Shown piece after piece: positions 58,999-64,000 of a stretch of 64,000 bases of DNA. Positions within the stretch are counted from its first letter, which is position 1; every line of letters begins with the position of its first letter. Under the pieces are notes generated by a model. The model was given only the letters and a program-made list of their open reading frames with translations, made no database searches and was not told the origin of the DNA. Position numbers and translations under genes: made by a program. This stretch comes from Flavobacteriales bacterium (GTDB lineage Bacteria; Bacteroidota; Bacteroidia; Flavobacteriales_G; JALEGO01): contig JAHDCS010000004.1 of NCBI GenBank assembly GCA_020629755.1, forward strand, positions 5,588-69,587, read 5' to 3'.

Positions 58999-60224
58999 GC
59001 TAAAATTGTTATGCATTTATTAAGGGCTGTCACAAACCGATCAATTTCATCTATAGTATTGTAAAAACTAAAAGACGCACGCAAAGTAGAATCAACACCA
59101 AGAGCATCTAAAAGCGGTTCAGTACAGTGCTTGCCTGTGCGAAGAGCAAAACCTTGTTGGTCAAGAAGTGTGCCTAAGTCGTATGGATGAATGCCCTTTA
59201 CTGTAAAAGAGATAACCGACGCTTTTTGTTTGGCAGTACCATAAATGGTGAGCCCCTCAATGTTTTCAAGGGCAGTAGTCGCATAGTTTAATAATAAGTC
59301 TTCCTGTTTTTGTATAAACGCAAACCCAATATTTTCTACATATTCAATGGCAGATTTAAAGGCAATTACTCCGGCAATATTTGGCGTGCCTGCTTCAAAT
59401 TTAAAAGGCAAATCGTTGTAGGTGGTCTGTTCAAATTTTACTGTTTTAATCATGTCGCCTCCGCCTTTATATGGGGGGATGGCATTTAGATATTTTTCTT
59501 TGCCATACAACACACCCACTCCAGTAGGGCCAAAGAGTTTATGGGCTGAGAAGCAATAAAAGTCGGCATCAAGGTCTTGTACATCAACGGAGCCATGCGC
59601 TACTGCCTGTGCGCCATCAATTAACACTGGAATGTTTTTTTGATGGGACAGATCAATAATCTCTTTAATAGGATTTACAACACCTAATGTATTAGAGATG
59701 TGATTAAGAGCTACAATCTTAACTTTATTGGTTAAAAGGCTTTTAAATACATCAAGGTGCAAAGAACCATCTGGTTTTATAGGCACCACCTTAATGATTG
59801 CACCATAGTGTTCAGCAGCCATTTGCCAGGGTACAATATTAGAATGGTGTTCGAGCTCAGTGATTATAATATGATCGCCCTTTTGTACATATTTTTTACA
59901 GAAGCTTTGGGCCACTAAATTAATAGCCTCTGTTGTGCCTGAAGTAAACACAACTTCATGGGCGTGTTTAGCGCCTATGAAAGACTGAATTTTTTTACGA
60001 GATGCCTCATATAAATCTGTTCCGATTTGACTTAAATGATGCACCCCTCTGTGAATATTACTGTACGAGTTTTTGTAATACTCACTAAGCGTATCTATAA
60101 CTACTTTAGGCTTTTGAGTGCTGGCGGCATTATCAAAATAAACAAGGGGATATTTGTTAATCGTTTTAGATAAAATCGGAAAGTCTTCACGGATTGCGTC
60201 TATGTGGGTCAGCAAATCAGGCAT
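58995..60224 (-). CDS. sufS: Cysteine desulfurase, SufS subfamily
   Basis: FSAHKLFGPTGVGVLYG carries the PLP Lys. RTGKHC carries the active-site Cys. HHSN is also present. Confidence 0.93.
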   Translation of the reverse strand: MPDLLTHIDAIREDFPILSKTINKYPLVYFDNAASTQKPKVVIDTLSEYYKNSYSNIHRGVHHLSQIGTDLYEASRKKIQSFIGAKHAHEVVFTSGTTEAINLVAQSFCKKYVQKGDHIIITELEHHSNIVPWQMAAEHYGAIIKVVPIKPDGSLHLDVFKSLLTNKVKIVALNHISNTLGVVNPIKEIIDLSHQKNIPVLIDGAQAVAHGSVDVQDLDADFYCFSAHKLFGPTGVGVLYGKEKYLNAIPPYKGGGDMIKTVKFEQTTYNDLPFKFEAGTPNIAGVIAFKSAIEYVENIGFAFIQKQEDLLLNYATTALENIEGLTIYGTAKQKASVISFTVKGIHPYDLGTLLDQQGFALRTGKHCTEPLLDALGVDSTLRASFSFYNTIDEIDRFVTALNKCITILA

Positions 60225-61383
60225 TGAAGAATAGGTCAGCTGTACTTTGAAATTCGTCTAACACCATCTTGTAATCAATCCCCTGAAAGACCTCTAAAGC
60301 AAAACCTTCTAAAAGAAGTTTTCTAGCTTCTTTTTCAGACAAGCCTCTTGAACGCAGATAAAACAAAGCTTCTTTATCAAGCGCACCTGTGGTGCAGCCA
60401 TGTGAACACTTTACATCGTCGGCATAAATTTCTAGTTCAGGTTTAGCGTAAATAGTAGCCTGGTCACTCATGATAATGCCCGCAGAAGACTGATAAGCAT
60501 TGGTTTTTTGAGCGTCTTTATACACATGTACTTTGCCGTTAAACACACAAGTCCCTTTCTTTTCAGCCAATAACTTATAAAGCTCAGAACTCTCACAATG
60601 AGGCACTAGATGTTCAATTTTAGTGTGGTGGTCAATATGATTAGAGTCTGAAGCGAGCTGAAGCCCATTGATTTGTCCAAAACCATTTTCGCCATTGAGT
60701 TTTAGATTGATATTACTTCTAATTTGAGCACCTCCAGTAGAGACACTAAAAATATGACACTTAGACGCTTTTGAAAGATCAGCCGTTAATTGTTGGTGTA
60801 AAAACCCTTCAGCACTAATGGTTTCAAAGTTGTAAAAATTAACCTGAGCATGCGTTTCAACATCTAAATAGGTAGAAAGATTTAAATAAGTATTGCTCGC
60901 ATTTTCTCCATAAATGACTTTTTGAACAAAAGAGGCGTTTGTATTTTCAGATAATTTTATTTCAATGTCCGCACATGCGCCTTGATTATTTTCTTCTAAA
61001 ACATGTAGAATCAGATAAGGCTTTTCAGCACTCTGATTATCTTTTAAGACAATGCGCGTATTCTCTTTTGAAAAGAGTTGATTCACTGAACCAATAAAGA
61101 CATTGTTTTCTTTTTTTCGGGGGGATGAAGACTCGATCCTAATCTGTTTAGGCACTTCACTGTTTTCATGTGAAAAACATCCTCCCAAAAAAACAAAGAC
61201 ACCAGCATAATTGGCTTTTTCAATACCATGTTTTTCAATATCTAAACTGGATAAAACTCCACTTGGAATATCAAATCCTTTCGATTTTAAATTTCCCATA
61301 GAGGTATATTTAAAATGCTCGTCTTTTTTTGTTGGAAAATCGAGAGATTGATGTGAAAAATCTATTGTAGAGAATTCAGACAT
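60217..61383 (-). CDS. sufD: Fe-S cluster assembly protein SufD
   Basis: The C-terminal beta-helix motifs are P.LEIYADDVKCSHG.T.G..D...LFYL.SRG. Position in the operon supports the call. Confidence 0.85.
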   Translation of the reverse strand: MSEFSTIDFSHQSLDFPTKKDEHFKYTSMGNLKSKGFDIPSGVLSSLDIEKHGIEKANYAGVFVFLGGCFSHENSEVPKQIRIESSSPRKKENNVFIGSVNQLFSKENTRIVLKDNQSAEKPYLILHVLEENNQGACADIEIKLSENTNASFVQKVIYGENASNTYLNLSTYLDVETHAQVNFYNFETISAEGFLHQQLTADLSKASKCHIFSVSTGGAQIRSNINLKLNGENGFGQINGLQLASDSNHIDHHTKIEHLVPHCESSELYKLLAEKKGTCVFNGKVHVYKDAQKTNAYQSSAGIIMSDQATIYAKPELEIYADDVKCSHGCTTGALDKEALFYLRSRGLSEKEARKLLLEGFALEVFQGIDYKMVLDEFQSTADLFFNA

Positions 61384-61392
61384 AAGGTTAGC

Positions 61393-62148
61393 TTAGGCTG
61401 TTTGAGGTTGTTTGGTAATCCAGTCGTAGCCTTCTTTTTCGAGTTTTAAAGCCAAGGTTTTATCGCCTGTTTTAATGATTTTACCATCGTGTAAAACGTG
61501 TACAAAATCAGGCACAATGTAATCTAAAAGTCTTTGGTAATGTGTAATCACAATAAAAGCGTTCTCTTTAGAGCGGAGTTTATTAACGCCATTAGATACC
61601 ACCCGTAAGGCATCAATATCTAACCCAGAATCGGTTTCATCTAAAATAGCAAGTTTAGGCTGAAGCATGGCCATTTGAAAAATCTCATTGCGTTTTTTCT
61701 CGCCGCCACTAAACCCTTCATTAACGGCTCTTTTGGTGAGTGATAAATCAAGCTCAACGAGTTTTTGTTTTTCTTTGAGCATCAACAAGAAATCTTTAGC
61801 ATTTAATTCTTTTTCACCTCTTTGTTTTCTGGCTTCGTTTATAGCGGTTTTTAAAAAAGTAGTGTTGTTCACGCCCGGAATCTCAACAGGGTATTGAAAA
61901 GCCAAAAACAATCCGGCCCAAGCGCGTTCTTCAGGAGCCATTTCTAAAAGATCATCACCTAAAAAAACAGCTGAACCGCCTGTGACCTCATAATCTTCTC
62001 GTCCAGATAAAACAGAAGCCAATGTGCTTTTACCTGCACCGTTAGGCCCCATTATAGCATGAATTTCTCCGGCATTCACCTTTAAATTCAATCCCTTTAA
62101 GATTTGTTTGTCTTCTATTTGTGCTTCTAAGCCTTTAATCTCTAACAT
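61393..62148 (-). CDS. sufC: Fe-S cluster assembly ATPase SufC
   Basis: Motifs GPNGAGKSTL, FSGGEKKRNEI and LAILDETDSGLD are present. Confidence 0.95.
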   Translation of the reverse strand: MLEIKGLEAQIEDKQILKGLNLKVNAGEIHAIMGPNGAGKSTLASVLSGREDYEVTGGSAVFLGDDLLEMAPEERAWAGLFLAFQYPVEIPGVNNTTFLKTAINEARKQRGEKELNAKDFLLMLKEKQKLVELDLSLTKRAVNEGFSGGEKKRNEIFQMAMLQPKLAILDETDSGLDIDALRVVSNGVNKLRSKENAFIVITHYQRLLDYIVPDFVHVLHDGKIIKTGDKTLALKLEKEGYDWITKQPQTA

Positions 62149-62155
62149 AGGGCGA

Positions 62156-62707
62156 TTAGTTTTTAGTGTCTTCTAATTGTTTGATGGCTTTGTTGTAAAA
62201 CTTTATAACGTCACTCTGGTCAAAATCAGAACGCCGTTCTTTTTCATTGTAGGTTTCATCAAATAAATTGGCAGATTCTCCGTCTATTTTGTAATAACCC
62301 TTCCAGCCTCTGGTTTTTTTCTTTTTAGTGGTCTTGTCTTTGTCATAAAAATATTCATATTCAGTAGCATACTTCGGCACCCCTTTTTCAAGTACATATT
62401 TAGTTTCTTTATGTAAAAGTTTAGGGCCTTCGCCTTCAATATATTCTCTACCCATATGATGTATTTGGAGGGATGAGTTATTGTTGTACAAACATTTGAT
62501 AAATGTTTTTTTATTGGTTAAAACCTTTTGGGTATCGCATATCATGGAGTCAGGCACATAGAGCAATTCGTCGATGAGCTCTTTAGATACTTTTTTTGAG
62601 CCTTCTTCAGTGGCAATGGTTGTGATCACTTCACCTTCTTGTTGACCCAACACAACAAGCTGGGTGAAAAGGAATAAAAAGGTTGATATGAGATGTGTTG
62701 TTTTCAT
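62156..62707 (-). CDS. Exported Lys-rich protein of unknown function inserted between sufB and sufC
   Basis: The signal peptide is MKTTHLISTFLFLFTQLVVLGQQ. I recognise no motif. The gaps are 12 nt to the sufB stop and 7 nt to the sufC start. Confidence 0.55.
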   Translation of the reverse strand: MKTTHLISTFLFLFTQLVVLGQQEGEVITTIATEEGSKKVSKELIDELLYVPDSMICDTQKVLTNKKTFIKCLYNNNSSLQIHHMGREYIEGEGPKLLHKETKYVLEKGVPKYATEYEYFYDKDKTTKKKKTRGWKGYYKIDGESANLFDETYNEKERRSDFDQSDVIKFYNKAIKQLEDTKN

Positions 62708-62719
62708 AATTACAGCAAT

Positions 62720-64000
62720 TTATCCCACACTACCTTCTAGACTAAGTGCGAGTAATTTTTGTGCTTCTACGGCAAATTCCATCGGAAGTTTATTTAATAC
62801 TTCTTTTGCATATCCATTGACAATTAAACTAATTGCTTTTTCTGTGTCTATACCCCTTTGGTTGCAGTAAAAAAGTTGATCTTCTCCAATTTTAGAGGTG
62901 GTAGCTTCGTGTTCAATTTGTGCAGATTTCTCCGAGGATTCAATGTAAGGAAAAGTATGTGCGCCACACTGATCGCCTAAAAGCAAACTGTCACACTGAG
63001 AAAAGTTTCTTGCTCCGGTAGCGCCATTGGGCACTTTAACTAAACCGCGATACGAATTTTGAGATCTACCCGCTGACACGCCTTTTGAAATAATTGTGCT
63101 TTTGGTGTGCTTGCCTAGGTGGATCATTTTTGTGCCTGTATCGGCCTGTTGATAGTTATTGGTTAAGGCCACAGAATAAAACTCGCCTACAGAATAATCC
63201 CCCTTTAAAATACAAGACGGATATTTCCAGGTAACCGCAGAGCCTGTTTCTACTTGTGTCCAGGATATTTTAGACGCCTTACCAGCACACAATCCACGCT
63301 TGGTCACAAAATTATAAATACCCCCTTTGCCATTTTCATCGCCCGGATACCAATTTTGCACCGTAGAGTATTTAATTTCTGCATGATCAAGCGCAATGAG
63401 TTCTACCACTGCCGCATGTAATTGATTTTCATCGCGCATAGGCGCGGTGCATCCCTCCAAATATGAAACATAGCTCTCTTTGTCAGCGATAACTAGCGTG
63501 CGCTCAAATTGCCCAGTTTTAGCTTCATTGATTCTAAAATAGGTGCTTAATTCCATAGGGCATCGCACCCCTTTAGGGATATAGCAAAAAGATCCGTCTG
63601 TAAACACAGCAGCATTTAAAGCAGCGTAAAAATTGTCTTTATAAGGCACTACGGTACCTAAATATTTTTTAACAAGCTCAGGGTGTTTTTGTACCCCTTC
63701 TGAAAAAGAACAAAAAATAATCCCTTTTTCAGCTAATGTGTCCTTAAAGGTGGTGGCGACTGACACACTATCCATGACCACATCAACTGCTACACCAGAT
63801 AAGCGCTTTTGCTCGTCTAAAGAAATACCTAGTTTATCAAAGGTTTTTAAAATTTCAGGATCTACTTGGTCTAAACTTTCAAGTTTTTTCTTTGGCTTAG
63901 GCGCGGCATAATAATGAATAGCCTGAAAATCAATGCTCGGATACTTTAGGTGTGCCCAGTGTTTGGGTTCTGAGAGTGTTTTCCAGTGATTAAAGGCTTT
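62720..64000 (-). CDS. sufB: Fe-S cluster assembly protein SufB (5' end beyond the window)
   Basis: The frame is open to position 64000. The translation ...[22 protein letters not shown]...GIIFCSF...YFRIN...TWKYPS...[15 protein letters not shown]... is canonical SufB. The track start at 63781 is an internal Met. Confidence 0.93.
   Translation of the reverse strand, partial: KAFNHWKTLSEPKHWAHLKYPSIDFQAIHYYAAPKPKKKLESLDQVDPEILKTFDKLGISLDEQKRLSGVAVDVVMDSVSVATTFKDTLAEKGIIFCSFSEGVQKHPELVKKYLGTVVPYKDNFYAALNAAVFTDGSFCYIPKGVRCPMELSTYFRINEAKTGQFERTLVIADKESYVSYLEGCTAPMRDENQLHAAVVELIALDHAEIKYSTVQNWYPGDENGKGGIYNFVTKRGLCAGKASKISWTQVETGSAVTWKYPSCILKGDYSVGEFYSVALTNNYQQADTGTKMIHLGKHTKSTIISKGVSAGRSQNSYRGLVKVPNGATGARNFSQCDSLLLGDQCGAHTFPYIESSEKSAQIEHEATTSKIGEDQLFYCNQRGIDTEKAISLIVNGYAKEVLNKLPMEFAVEAQKLLALSLEGSVG

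Noticed and set aside
1-64000. I searched for tRNA, rRNA, CRISPR arrays, transposases, integrases, phage genes, toxin-antitoxin systems and known defence systems.
   Set aside because: Intergenic regions are short, with the longest about 160 nt, and show no cloverleaf-like or direct-repeat/spacer structure. No ORF shows DDE, tyrosine or serine recombinase motifs or defence-associated motifs. The only helicase-nuclease looks like a recombination/repair AddA/RecB type.
63782-64000. I considered whether sufB is truncated or a pseudogene, because the track ORF starts at an internal Met (63781).
   Set aside because: The frame stays open to the window edge. The upstream translation matches the conserved SufB N-terminal region, so the gene is simply cut by the window boundary.

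Overview
This is a low-GC (about 38-40% by eye) chromosomal segment typical of Bacteroidota/Flavobacteriales. Supporting signs are T9SS cargo with type-A and type-B C-terminal domains, a PorP/SprF gene, TAnnTTTG -7 promoter boxes, a bS22-like micro-ORF, and a single-cytochrome-b SdhCAB. I annotate about 52 protein-coding genes. Most of the window is housekeeping:
- pepP, two ompH/skp genes, murI, hemL, HU and rng
- a cyoE / cox subunit III / III / IV / SCO / DUF420 respiratory assembly cluster
- ispE, an lptF/G-family gene, tgt and fadD
- a TetR-TolC-MFP-RND efflux operon
- sdhCAB and sufBCDSE-sufT

Three giant secreted repeat proteins are interspersed among these:
- a protein of more than 1454 aa, truncated at the window start and absent from the ORF track
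- a 1395 aa protein
- a 3236 aa protein with 38 SprB-type repeats, followed by its PorP/SprF partner

There are also several smaller T9SS or lipoprotein genes of unknown function. I found no tRNA, rRNA, CRISPR, transposase, integrase or recognisable defence system.

The features least explained by the annotation are:
- a strongly over-represented octamer GGGGGGAT, which accounts for 21 of the 27 G6+ runs
- a small secreted ORF translationally coupled to an orphan type-B T9SS cargo that carries a protease-less P-domain
- an exported unknown ORF wedged between sufB and sufC
- an unannotated 29-aa bS22-like ORF
- a CxxC micro-membrane protein and a His-rich insertion in the cox cluster

All homology calls rest on motif recognition by eye, not on searches.
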